The position numbers and the translations under genes are program-made. A DNA stretch of 64,000 nt from Phyllobates terribilis (Eukaryota). Positions 1 to 11,915 of this stretch are shown piece after piece. The first letter of the stretch is position 1, and the number at the start of each line of letters is the position of its first letter. Location of the stretch: positions 232,438,001 to 232,502,000 of the forward strand of contig NW_027362765.1 in NCBI RefSeq assembly GCF_046119375.1. The letters are read 5' to 3'. The notes below the pieces were generated by a model. That model saw nothing but the letters and a program-made list of their open reading frames with translations, made no database searches and was not told the origin of the DNA.

Positions 1-1746
1 GACCGAAGGGCATCACCAGATTCTCAAAATGACCTACCGGAGTGTTAAAAGCAGTTTTCCATTCATCACCCTCCTTCATTCGTAACAAATTGTATACCCC
101 CCGGAGATTTATTTTAGAGAACCACTTGGCCCCTACTAACTGGTAAAACAAGTCCGGAATTAACGGCAATGGGTAGGAATTGCGTACGGTAATCTTATTA
201 ATTTCACGAAAGTCCAGACATGGACATAAACCACCGTCTTTTTTTTTAACAAAGAAAAATCCAACGGCCACAGGCGACTTAGAAGGTTTAATGTGACCAG
301 CAGCCAAGCTCGTCTGTATGTATTCCTCCAAGGCCTTTCTTTCAGGGATAGTCAGATTAAATAAGCGACTCTTGGGAAGAGTAGCTCCAGGAACAAACTC
401 AATGGTGCAATCATAGTCCCTATGAGGAGGTAAAACTTGCGACCCCTCCTCTGAAAAAAAACTTCCAAAAATCCTGAATAGGTACAGGTAATTCCCCTTT
501 TTCCACAGCCGTAATGCGACCATTACAACATTTATCATAGCACTTAGGACTCCAAGACTTAATCTCATTAGTAGACCAGTCCAGTAAAGGATTGTGCAGT
601 TTTAACCAAGGCAAACCTAAAACGACTGGAGAGGGTAAATTATTTAATACCACCAAATCCAAATTTTCTTGGTGAATGCCATTGATAGTGAGGGGAAATG
701 CAGCAACCTTGTGAGTAATACATTTCAAAGGAGTGTTATCAATTGCAATCACAGAAATAGGTGATGACAAAGGTTTGGATTCCAATTTAAGTTTTTCCAA
801 AAGCCCCTTATCAATCACATTAAGTGTAGAACCACAATCCACAAATACCTGAAATTCAATCAAATCTTCCTGCAATGAGGTACTCCCTGAAAGAAATACT
901 CCCTTAGAGTTCAAACAAGCAATAAGGGCGTAACTGACTTTTTTTTTTCTCTACTTAAACGAAGCTCACAGTTTTTAATCAAATGGTCAGATTTACCACA
1001 ATAAAAACACAATCCCTTGGAAAACCTGCGGTCTCTTTCCTGAGAGCGGAGTGACATCGCCCCAACCTCCAACGGTTCTCCGCCGTCCGAGCAGACCCTC
1101 TGGGAACTAGGAGCTGCCATTGCAGGAATCTTTTCATCATAAACCCTGGCATGCAGTCTCCTGTCCACACGTATAGCTAATTGCATGGCTTCTTGCAAGG
1201 TTTCAGGTGCAGGAAATGCAATCAGCAGATCCTTAACCCTTTCACTTAGACCAGCAAGAAAAAAACATTTTAACGCCGAATCATTCCATTTCACTTCTGA
1301 GGACCACCTTCTGAATTATGTACAATAATTTTCAACATCACCTGACCCCTGATTCAAACGTCTCAGTTCTGTCTCAGCAGATGAGACTCGATCAGGATCG
1401 TCATACAATAGCCCCATAGCAGAAAAAAAATCCTCCACTGACCTTAAACATGGATCATTAGGTTGGAGAGAAAAGGCCCACCCCTGTGGTTCCTTGCGCC
1501 AAAGTGACATGATAAACCCAATGCGCTGTGATTCATTCCCAGAGGACTTTGGTCTCAAACGAAAATATAATAAACAAGCATTTTTAAAGGAAAAAAATCT
1601 TGTTGTTTACCATCAAAAATATCAGGGAGTCCTACCTTCGGTTCCACAAAATGCGCTCCAGGACAGCTATTCACGTGTTGCCGGAGCTCGGACACCTCCA
1701 GAGACAATCCCTGCAGGCGTTGAGCCAAATCTTGAACAGAAACCAT
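1..1746 (-). pseudogene. gag-pol pseudogene (gag, CCHC zinc knuckle, aspartic protease, start of RT)
   Basis: ORF fragments 1555-1746, 1316-1558, 911-1294 (CFYCGKSDHLIKNC) and 420-914 (FVDCG protease motif) are collinear with copy B. They are broken by an in-frame TAA at 1316-1318 and by frameshifts, e.g. at the homopolymers 1591-1597 and ~938-948. Confidence 0.92.
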
Positions 1747-1794
1747 ACTGATCCCCGGATTTCTTTCCTTAAAGTTTTTTTTTTGTTGTTTTGG

Positions 1795-1805
1795 GCTGGA
1801 CTTAC
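1795..1805 (-). promoter_or_regulatory. Primer-binding site, putative self-priming type
   Basis: The minus strand reads GTAAGTCCAGC directly after the LTR end, with no TGG/tRNA-type match. It is complementary to GCTGGACTT in the LTR (+ strand AAGTCCAGC at 2134-2142), about 30 nt downstream of a TATATA box. Confidence 0.7.
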
Positions 1806-2205
1806 TGTTATGATCTGCAACATAAACTAGGGAAAGAAGGGGAGAGCTGTCCCTACAGTAAGACTAAGCTGAGTCCCTACGTTGTAGCGGGCGACCTGTT
1901 CCTTGTGAACAGACCCGCCTTCGTCCTCGGCTAGTCTGAATGGAGACCTATAGAGAAAGGGAGGGGTCCCTAAAAGAACTAAGGACTGGGACAAAAATGA
2001 GACACCTCCTAACAGAAGTTGTTGCAGAGCAAAAGATAAACTGACAAAAGAACTAGAGGTCCAGAGGACCAAGCAAACTAGAGATAGATAGGCACAAAAG
2101 CACCTGGCTAGAAAGACAGTCTAAACAACACTGAAGTCCAGCAAGGCCAGAAGGGCGGAGCTGGAATATATAGGAAGATGGTCACGTGACCGCAGAACAC
2201 AAGAT
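1806..2205 (-). repeat. 5' LTR of copy A, main segment (remainder at 5259-5297)
   Basis: Aligns by eye to solo LTR 59786-60217. Its terminal segment ...ACAGGAGGGTTCTAACA resumes after the hAT insertion. Confidence 0.9.
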
Positions 2206-2865
2206 TAGTGTTGAGCATTCCGATACTGAAATATCGGGTATCGGCCGATATTTGCGGTATCGGAATTCCGATACTTAATTCCGATACTTTTAGAATATCG
2301 AATACCGGAATCGGAAGTTCCCATAATGCCTGCGCTCTGCAGGGTCTCTGAAGGATGACAAGCTGGATGGCAGCGCTCAGCTGCGATCCAGCCTGGCATC
2401 AGAATGCCATCCCAGCGTGGGAGAATTCTCCTGATTGTTTAAAAGCCGGCGGGTGGTAAAAAGCCGCCGGCTTTTAAACAATCACACGGCCCCATACTGC
2501 TTCCCCGCAGCCTCCCACCCCGATCCTCCGCTCCCCTCGCCACCTCCCATCCCGATCGTAAGTTAGGACCGGGCGGGGAGCGCAGCACCAAGGAGCAGGG
2601 AGCGAAGGACCCGGGTGGGGAAGCCGGCAGTGAAAAGACTTCACCGCCGGCTTTCCCGTTCTGTGCTGCGCTTTCCCGCCGGTTATTTCAAATGAACAGC
2701 TGAGGTATCAGGTGATGCCGATCAGCTGTTCATTTGAAGTAGCCGCGGTGCCCTCAGAGGGTTCATGTGAGTTCATGCTTGACTGCATTGCATGAACTCA
2801 CATGAACTTTCCCACGGCCACACAGGTCAGCCTCACCTCCCAGACCATCAGCCCGTCATGATTGG

Positions 2866-2985
2866 TGTGTGCGGGTGTGCGCGGTGTCTGTGCGATGTCT
2901 GCGGGTGTGCGCGGTGTCTGTGCGATGTCTGCGAGTGTGTGCGGGTGTGCGCTGTGTCTGTGCGATGTCTGCGGGTGTGTGCGTG
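2866..2985. repeat. GT-rich minisatellite (~32-bp unit GGTGTGCGCGGTGTCTGTGCGATGTCTGCG) inside the hAT element
   Basis: 3-4 tandem copies visible. Confidence 0.8.
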
Positions 2986-4491
2986 CAGGCAGACATAGGC
3001 CGATGTGACACTACTACTCCCATCGGCCTATGTCTGTCCCCCGTCCACTCGTGCCAGCAGGATCAGCTCGATGGGAGCAGTAGTTCCCATCAGCCTGATC
3101 CTGCTGTTTAAATTGCCCTACTGTGTCCCCAATAAATGTTAAATACATGTCATTGGTGGCCAGTGGTTGCCTACAATAAATTAGTTTATACATTACCTGT
3201 CCCCGCCGATCGCCACCTAAAATAAAGTAAAAAATAAAAAACTACACCTATACTCACCTAGACACCTAATTCCCCGAAGCCATCGATCTCCTGTAATAAA
3301 ATATAAAATAATAAACCACAACCTTATCCTTACCCCTCCGTAGCAGTCCACGAGTGTCCCACGAAGATCTCCAGTTCAGAGCAGCCACATAGAATGTGAC
3401 CGCTCTGAACCGCCGCCGCCGCTAGAATGACGGGGCCGTAAAGCAGCCCCATCATTGTATAAGCGGGTTCACCAGAGTTCAGGCAGCGCTGCTCCGGTCA
3501 GCTCCTTTACGGCCCTGCTGTATCGTGAGAAATTCCCACGGTACAGCAGTGCCGTAAAGGAGGTCTCCGGAGCTGCGCTGCCTGAATGCACTCCGGTGAC
3601 CTCAGTCAGGGGCTCACACTGCCGGGAGCGGACGTGTTCCCGGCAGCGTGAGCTTACAGCAGCCATGCACAGCTGTCACCATCTCCAGATGTGACAGCTG
3701 TGCATGGGAGATCAGCGCAGGAACGTGGACAGGTAACTATTTTTTTTTTTTTAGTAAACTAAGAATTAAATAAAATGGTGTGTTTTATTTCAAATAAATT
3801 ATTTTTTTCTGGGTGTAGTGTGTTTTTTCTTTTTAACACTTTGTAGGTTAGTAATGGGGGTGTCTTATAGACGCCCATCATTACTAACCTGGGCTTCATG
3901 GCAGCTGGCGCTGACATGAACCCCAGCCCTATTACCCCCTGCCACCGCACCAGGGCAGCGTGGAAGAGCGAGGCTAAGTGCCAGAGTTGGCGCATCCTAT
4001 GGATGCGCCATTTCTGGGGCGGCTGACGGCTGGTGTTTCTAGCCTGGGAGGGGGCCAATATTCATGGCACCCTTCCTGGGCTATTAATATCAGCCCCCAG
4101 CTGTCTGCCTAAAGGGGTTAAGGCCAGCTTGGCATTATCAGCTGGCCCTAAGCCCGAAATTCATGGGGTCACGCCAATATTAGACATGACCACCATGAAT
4201 TTCTAGTAAAGTATTTAAAAAAAACACAACACCCAGAAAAAAGTCCTTTAATTGAAATAAAGACACAATTCTTTATTGTTCTAAATTAAACTATACTTAC
4301 CATCACGCCCATTCCAGCTGAAGCCAACGATCTCCTGCAATAAAAGAAAAATAATAAACCAACCTCATCCTTACCTTTCCATGGTTCCCACGACAGCTTC
4401 AGCTCTGCTACATCGAGATGACAGGCTGGACCGCAGCAGAACGCTGCCATCCAGCCTGTCATCCCGCAGACACTGAGAAGCGCAGGCACAT

Positions 4492-5040
4492 TAAATGACA
4501 AGTACAGTAATCAACACTGTCACTGTACTTCATATATATGTGACTGACATGTTTCTATCTATCTAATCTATGTATGATTCTCTATTCCTTCTATTCTAAA
4601 TTGTCGGGTACAGATGCTGAATTGCCGGCCGGCTTTTTTAAAGAGACGGTGCATGAAAACACTATTATTTTTTTAAATAAATCCTTTACACTAAATGACA
4701 AGTACAGTAAGCAACACTGTCACTGTACTTCATATATATGTGACTGACATGTTTCTATCTATCTAATCTATGTGTGGTGCTCTATTCTTTCTGTTGTAAA
4801 TTGTCGGGTACCGCTGCTGAATTGCCGGCCGGCTTTTTTAAAGAGACGGTGCATGAAAACACTATTATTTTTTTTAATAAATCCTTTACACTAAATGACA
4901 AGTGCAGTAACCAACACTGTCACTGTACTTCATATATATGTGACTGACATGTTTCTATCTATCTAATCTATGTGTGGTGCTCTATTCTTTCTGTTGTAAA
5001 TTGTCGGGTACCGGTGTATGCCGCTGTTGAATTGCCGGCT
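4492..5040. repeat. 200-bp tandem repeat, ~2.7 copies, inside the hAT element
   Basis: TAAATGACAAGT(A/G)CAGTAA recurs at 4492, 4692 and 4892 with near-identical downstream sequence. Confidence 0.9.
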
Positions 5041-5472
5041 TTTCGCATAATACATTCTACATTATTCTTAGTTGTTTTACTTCATGTAGAATTAACCTAC
5101 AAGGAAAGAAAGGGTTTATTTTCATTCCGATATTTGTGTCCCATTGACTTGCATTGGTTTCCGGTATCGGAATCGGCGATATCCGATACTTTTTGAGTAT
5201 CGGTCCGATCCAATCCGATACGATATTTCCTGATATCGGAAGGTATCGCTCAACACTACACAAGATAGAAACAAAAACAAACAGGAGGGTTCTAACATCA
5301 GTCACTACTCAGTACAAAGTAAGTTGCGGCTGTAATCACACCTTGCCACTGACTGACAGCTGGTTCTACAATGCAATAGTACAGAGCCATCTGGCAGTCA
5401 GTGTTGGGGCACGGTTACAGCTGCCGCTCATGATGTACTGAGCGGTGGTTGAAGACCCCTCTATGACTGAAA

Positions 5473-5668
5473 GGCCACGTTCACACGTTCAGTATTTGGT
5501 CAGTATTTTACATCAGTATTTGTAAGCCAAAACCAGGAGTGGGTGATAAATCCAGAAGTGGTGACGTGTTTCTATTATACTTTCCCTCTGATTGTTCCTC
5601 TCCTGGTTTTGGCTTACAAATTCTGAGGTAAAAAAACCTCACCAAATACTGATTGTGAGCACGTGGTC
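5473..5668. mobile_element. PIF/Harbinger-type MITE, family A (AAAACCAGGAG fold-back)
   Basis: TIR GGCCACGTTCACAC-like, TAA on the right flank. Homologous copies at 36534, 43410, 44485, 58826 and variants at 53916 and 59246. Confidence 0.75.
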
Positions 5669-6435
5669 TAAGGCTCCCGGGAGGAATAAAGATCATTTCC
5701 TCCCGGTAGCAGTGCTTTAAGTAGGACAGTCGCATGGCCAGATATTTACTGAATTACACACATCTTTCCAAGTCCCAGCCATCTTGTGTACAGTGTAACA
5801 GTATCAAATGCCTTTGAAAAATGTATCTATGCAACATCCACAGCTTTTACTTTGTTACAAGATTGTGACAAGCTTCTATCTTTCTAGTCATAGGGTGAGA
5901 TCTCTATTGAATAGAGAGAGCGAACGAGCTTATAGGTAATAGGTGCTATGAGATTAGACAGTGTGGAGCGAATATGAGCACTCTTGTGAGATAATTTTTA
6001 CTGGAAAGGTATGGGTTGTCTGAGACATGGAGGGATTTTGGAGATGTCCTGTGCTGTATAGGCAGTCCTCTGGGTAGTGATGTCATAAGAATTGAGACAT
6101 CACATCACATTACCAGAACAGTCAACTTGACATAACATCACAGGGCAATGATTGGCTGTTGTGGTTGTGTGATGTGACATTACTACCCTTAGGCAGGCAG
6201 CAGTCGATGATTAAAAAAGAAGCAAAGAAATCCTTTGCATGACTATATGTTTAAGGTATATTTGCTTACTGTCATCCTACAATGACAGGATTTTCTGGAA
6301 TTCACCAGGATCTTGTAAAACTACTTTTAAACTTAGGTGCCTAGGTTTTTCTTCATTAAAGGGGTTGATCTTGCCCCGCTCATTTCTGCGTTAAGAGGTG
6401 AGGGGAACAAGTGATGTCACATCTATTAACTCTTA

Positions 6436-6774
6436 GGCTGTGTGCCCACGATGAGTTTTTGGTGCGTATTTGCAGCGCGTAAACGATCTAGAAACGCATT
6501 GCATACCTTATCCCATGACTTCCTATGACATTCTGCAAGTTCTGTGCACATGGTCAGGATTTTTTCTGCGCAGATTTTACTTGCAGAAAAAATACGGACA
6601 TGACCAATTCTTGTGCGTTTCTGCATGCGTATTTGCCTATACAATGCATTGGAAAAACGCATGGCAAATACGCGTCAAAAACGCATGTAAAGACCGCATG
6701 CGTTTTTCTGCCAAGGAGATGCAGAAATGCTCAGGAAAATTTCTGCTTCATTTCTGCATCGTGGGCACTTAGCC
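6436..6774. mobile_element. PIF/Harbinger-type MITE, family B
   Basis: TIR GGCTGTGTGCCCACGATG...CATCGTGGGCACTTAGCC, TTA TSD on both sides. Confidence 0.85.
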
Positions 6775-6965
6775 TTACTGGGACGCATAGGAGTTGATCT
6801 GCAGTACCCTGCAGCGGCTGCTACATTTTGAACAGAGCTGTGCTGTTCACCTCCATTCAATGTTTACATTTGGCAGAAACAAATAACAATTTGTTCGTGT
6901 GGGGGTATGGGGGTATTGGGTATTGGATATCTGCAATCTGATATTAATCAACCATCCTAAAGATA

Positions 6966-8325
6966 CAGTACTGTGTAAGGCTGTGTGCCCACGATGCGTT
7001 TTTGGTGCGTATTTTGGTGCATATTTGCAGCGCGTAAACGCTCTAGAAACGCATTGCATACCTTATCCCATGACTTCTTATGACATTCTGCAAGTTCTGT
7101 GCACATGGTCCGTATTTTTTCTGTGCAGATTTTACTCGCGGAAAAAATACGGACATGACCAATTCTTGTGCGTTTCTGCATGCGTATTTGCTTATACAAT
7201 GCATTGGAAAAACGCATGGCAAATACGCACGCAAATAAGTGTCAACTACGCGTCAAATATGCATGTAAAAACTGCATGCGTTTTTCTGCCAAGGAGATGC
7301 AGAAATGCTCAGGAAAATTTCTGCTTCATTTCTGCATCGTGGGCACTTAGCCTAAAAGTTTTAGGCAGGTGTGGAATAAATTCTACAAAGTAAGAATGAT
7401 TTAAAAAATAAAAGTGTTAATAGTTTTTTTTTAGCAATTACCAAAATGTAAAGTGCATGAACCAAAGAGAAATCTAAATCACATTAATATTTGGTGTATC
7501 CACCCTTTGCCTTCAAAACAGCATCAATTCTTCTAGGTACACTTGCATGCAGTTTTTGAAAGAATTCAGCAGGGAGGCTGTTCCAAACATCTTGGAGAAC
7601 CAACCACAGATGTACTAATGTAGGTTTGTGCAAATCCTTCTGTTTCTTCTTGCAATCACACACAGACTCAATGATGTTGACATCAGGGTCTGTGGGATAA
7701 CATAAAGAGACATAAGGATTTACACAGGCCTACATCTACAGAAGATCTGTGGTTAGTTCTCCAAAATATTTGGAACAACCTCCCTGCTGAATTCCTTTAA
7801 AGGGAACCTGTCACGTCATTTATGCTGTTAAACTGCCCCTAGTGTTTTGTTAGTGATGCACATTGCATCACTAACATGCTTATCTCAAGAAAAACATTCC
7901 AGTATTTAGCGCAAAAATAACTTTTTACACTTTGAAGATTGCCCCACATTCCTCCGGATTCAGGCATAGGGATGGGCAGCTCTAACTTTTAAGTCACGGT
8001 CAATCAACTGTGTGTTTTGAAATTCTCCACGCCCAATTTCCCAGCAGATACCGCACTTGCGCAATGACACTGAGCTTTCCAGGCATGCTCACTGAATCTG
8101 GGTGTACATCCCAGCTTCATATCCTATGTGCGCATGCTCCGGAGCCACTGAGCGTCAGCGCGGTGGGCAGGAAGACTGTTCATAAGTGTACCTAGAAGAA
8201 TAAATGCTTTCATGCTACTTTGAAGACAAAGGACGATCACAGCAAATAATGATTTTATTTAGATTTTTTTTGTTCATTCACTTTGCATTTTGTTAAATGA
8301 TAAAAAAATAAATTATTAGCATTCT
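6966..8325. mobile_element. Tc1/mariner-type non-autonomous element, fragmented; hosts a Harbinger MITE, a T2-type MITE fragment and probably the piggyBac insertion
   Basis: TA + CAGTACTGTG..AAAGTTTTAGGCAGGTGTG terminus is reconstituted when MITE 6979-7352 is removed. Tc1-like internal sequence at 7490-7620. The right end is uncertain (ACTG-TA at 13751-13756). Confidence 0.5.
6979..7352. mobile_element. PIF/Harbinger-type MITE, family B
   Basis: Same TIRs as 6436-6774, TAA TSD on both sides. Confidence 0.85.
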
Positions 8326-10212
8326 TTAACCCGTTTCTAGCCAAGGGCGTACTAATACGTATCTGTGCCCTGGGCCTTATGGGCCTGATACATATTAGTA
8401 CGCCCTCTCTTTAATGGGACACCGCGACTTTGGTCGCGGTGATCGTATTAAATTTCCGGTGCCATCTTACCTTAGGGTAGATGGCGCAGGCATCTCGGGG
8501 GGTGTCGCCGCCCCCCCCCTCCCGCACCCACGCTCCTAAGAGCATCGATCCTAGGCTGTTGCTAGGAGACCCCAGCCCTGGCCCCAAACTGCTATGATCG
8601 GTGCGATCGCCGATCACACCGATCATAGCGGGACCGCGCGCTAACAGGGCGCTCACCGGCTTGTGACCTGCCTGTCACCGCCCTGTGATGTCAGAGAAGC
8701 CCCCAGCCAGCTCTGATTGGAGCGATCGATGATGATATCGATCGCTCCAATCAGAGTACCTGAACACAGGTGACAGGGCGGTCACAGGGCAGTGACCGGC
8801 TTGTGATCTGCCTGTCACTTCCCTGAGACCCCCTGTGGTGCGTGCCCAGGCCCCAGCCATCTCTGATTGGTGCGATCGATGTCGTCATCGATCGCACCAA
8901 TCAGAGTACCTGACCGAGAGGTGACCGAGTGGTGACCGGCCTGTGACCTACCTGTCACCACCCTATCACCCCCCTGTGACCGCCCTGCAGATCCTCACAC
9001 TTGGTGAGGATTTCTGCAGAGCAGTCACACTGATCTGCACTGTGCTGGGCCTTGTAGTGCCACAGAATCTTCTGTGACACTACAAGACCTTCCTCTCATC
9101 TGCTCCAGTCGCTGCTGCTGCTCTGGCATCCTGCTGCGGTCTCCAGGGTCCTGGGTCTCCTGCTCCAGCATCCTGCTGCGGTCTCCTGGGTCCTGAGTCT
9201 CCAGCTCCGTATCCTGCTGCTCCGGATCCTGCTCCAGAGCCTCTTCCAGAACCTGCTGCTGATCCTGCTGCTGAAAGAAGAACAGAGAAGACTTTGGTAA
9301 GTCTATTTCTATTCTCCCCTCATCCACCCCTATCCCCCCTCCCTCCTTTTACCCCCAAACCACCTCCCCCCAGTTAGTTTTTTTTTTGCGCGTCCTGCAG
9401 CAGCCGAGCGCTGACCAGTGACTACGTCACTGATCAACGTCCGTGCTCACTGGTTTTCAGGACTTTTTTTGACCCTGTCAATTCCCCCCCCCCCACTTTG
9501 CACCACCTCCGTGACGCAAATCACTGATCAGCACTCGCTACTGTACCCTTTTTTTTCAACTAACCTTTTTTCTTTTCTAGAGGGTGGTCGCGTGGTGCGC
9601 CGTGCTGGGCCTTGCGGTGCCACAGAAGCCTGTGACACCACAATTGCCGCTCCTGCTCCAGAAGACATCGTACAGAAGACATCGTACAGAAGACATCATA
9701 CAGAATACATCTTACAGAATACTTCTTACAGAAGACATCTTACAGAAGACATCTGAAAGATGAGAACTGTAAGTAGGATTTTTTGATCCATCCTCATCCA
9801 CCCCAATCCCCCTCTCTCCCCTCTCCTCCTTCCCCCCTTCCCATCCCCCTTTTTCCCACCAAGTGCTGATCATTGCTTGATCAGTACTTGATCGCTCGAC
9901 TTTTATCCGTTTTTTTTCCCGTGCTTTCTGCAGCGGCCGAGCGCTGATCAGTGACCACAGATCACTGATCCGCACTCATGCTCGCTGTTTTACACTCCCC
10001 CCCACCTTTGCAACACATCCGCGTGCACACCCAGCAGCTGCCGAGAGTTGATTGGTGACATAGTTCACCGATCCGCACTCGTGCTCGCTGTTTGCACCAC
10101 CTACAGTAGTTCCTTTTTTTCTCAGAAAAAAAAGTTCACACCAAGCACACTGACACACACACACTCTAAATAAAGTACTGACACACACGCACCACATGCA
10201 TAAGAAAAAAAG

Positions 10213-11915
10213 ATGTCCCGCTCATCCTAAACTCGCTATTCAGCTGAGGAGGCATACTCTTTTCTTGCCTCCGACACTGACAGCGAGGGCGAGGATCCCA
10301 CATTTCTTTATTTTTCTGACTCCTTGTCGTCCTCCTCCTCCTCTTCCTCCTCAGGTGCTGCTGGACTGCCCCGCAGTCGTCGCAGGAGAGAAGATGATCC
10401 AGCACCCCCCACTACTGACCCCATATGGACCTCGCCCCATGAAAATTATGAGCCACTGATTCCTGATTTCGTGGCGGAATCAGGAATCAAGTTTGACACC
10501 ACCGGCCTCACAAAAATAGACTTTTTCAAAGTCTTTTTCTCTGAGGACTTTATAAACCTCATGGTGGGCCAAACTAATTTATAAGCTCATAAATTTTTGG
10601 AACAAAACCCCTCTTCATCATTTTCTAACTGGTCTCCTGTAGACGCAGAAGAGATTATGAAGTTTTGGGGCCTTGTCCTTCATATGGGGATCCTGAAGAA
10701 GCCGGAGGTTCGGCAATACTTCAGTGTTGACGTTTTCTATAACACTCCTGTGTTTCGAATGGTCATGATCCGAAGATGCTTTGAGGCCATCCACAAGTTC
10801 TTGCATTACAACAATAATGCAAGGTGTCCTGCACGCGATGACCCGAACTTTGATCGTCTTTTCAAAGTTCGGCCAGTCATCGAGCACTTCGACAACAAGT
10901 TTGCTGAAGTGTATGTACCCCAAAGGGACATCTACGTGGATGAGTCCCTAGTTCATTTCAAGGGGCGGCTTGGATTCCAGCAGGACCTGCCCAGTAGGGC
11001 CAGGTATGGGATCAAGCTGTATAAACCTCAGGGTACACTCACAAGTTTACAGTTTATGAAGGGAAGGACTCCCGGATTCAACCCCCTGAATGCCCCCCTG
11101 TTCTGGGAGTGAGTGGGAAAATTGTGTGGGACTTGGTGCACCCACTGCTGGATAAAGGTTATCACTTGTACGTGGATAACTTTTATACCAGTGTCCCTCT
11201 CTTCAAGTCCCTCTCTGCGCGACGTACCACAGCCTGCGGTACTGTCCGCAAAAATCAGAGAGGCCTCCTAAAGACTCTAATTGGGCAGCTGCTCAGAAGG
11301 GGTGAGAGCAGAGCCCAATGTAGCGACCACCTGTTGGTGGTCAAGTACAAGTACAAGAGGGATGTCCTTCTCTTGACCAACATACATGGTGATGGCAGCA
11401 CCCTCAGCACTGTACGAGGTTCCACTACACAGGTCGCCAAACCAGACTGTGTAGTGGGGTATAACAAGTACATGGGGGGAGTTGATCTCTCTGATCAAGT
11501 CCTCCAGCCATACTGTGCTTTGAGAAAGGCCAAGGTATGGTATAAGAAGCTGGCCGTGCACATTGTACAGATGGCAATACACAACGCTTTCCTTCTGTCA
11601 CAATGTGCAGGCCAGATTTCTGCGTCGTATCTTCACATTAAGGAGACAGTTGTCAAGGCCCTGATATTTGGCAGTGGTGATGGAGCGGGCCCCAGTACTT
11701 CCGGAACTGAAGGACCTCAAATTGTACCAGGCCAGCATTTCCCGGGGCAGATCCCTCACAACGGAAAAAAAGGTAAGTCACAAAAGAAGTGCCGAGTGTG
11801 TTATAAAAGGGGAATACGCAAGGACACAGTTTATCAATGTGACACCTGCCCTGACAAACCTGGCCTGTGCATGAAAGACTGCTTCAAAAGGTACCATACT
11901 TCCATGGACTACTAA
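10213..11915 (+). pseudogene. piggyBac transposase (PGBD4-like) pseudogene
   Basis: Acidic/Ser-rich N-terminus, catalytic motifs YVDES, YVDNFYTS and GGVDLSDQ, and C-terminal Cys-rich domain CRVC...CDTC...CMKDCFKRYH. In-frame stops at 10228 and 10582, and a frameshift/deletion at ~11020-11110. Confidence 0.92.

Larger units (their letters stand above)
2206..5258. mobile_element. Non-autonomous hAT-superfamily DNA transposon (3053 bp) inserted in the LTR
   Basis: TIRs TAGTGTTGAGC...GCTCAACACTA, perfect 8-bp TSD CACAAGAT (2198-2205 and 5259-5266), subterminal CCGATAC/GTATCGG repeats, no transposase ORF. Confidence 0.92.
1..5297 (-). mobile_element. Ty3/Gypsy Tf1/sushi-type (chromovirus-like) LTR retrotransposon, copy A; 5' part only, the rest runs off the window; degraded
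   Basis: Gag, protease and RT-start fragments at 1-1746 are closely homologous to the complete element at 21505-26483. The 5' LTR spans 1806-5297 (TGTTA...CTAACA on +) and is split by a hAT insertion. It resembles the solo LTR at 59786-60217. Confidence 0.93.

Noticed and set aside
3455-3694. Mirror-image ORFs on both strands
   Set aside because: Artefact of the long palindrome at 3478-3586.
9025-9327. 100-aa Gln/Glu-rich minus-strand ORF
   Set aside because: Product of short CTG-rich repeats in the piggyBac leader, antisense to the transposase.
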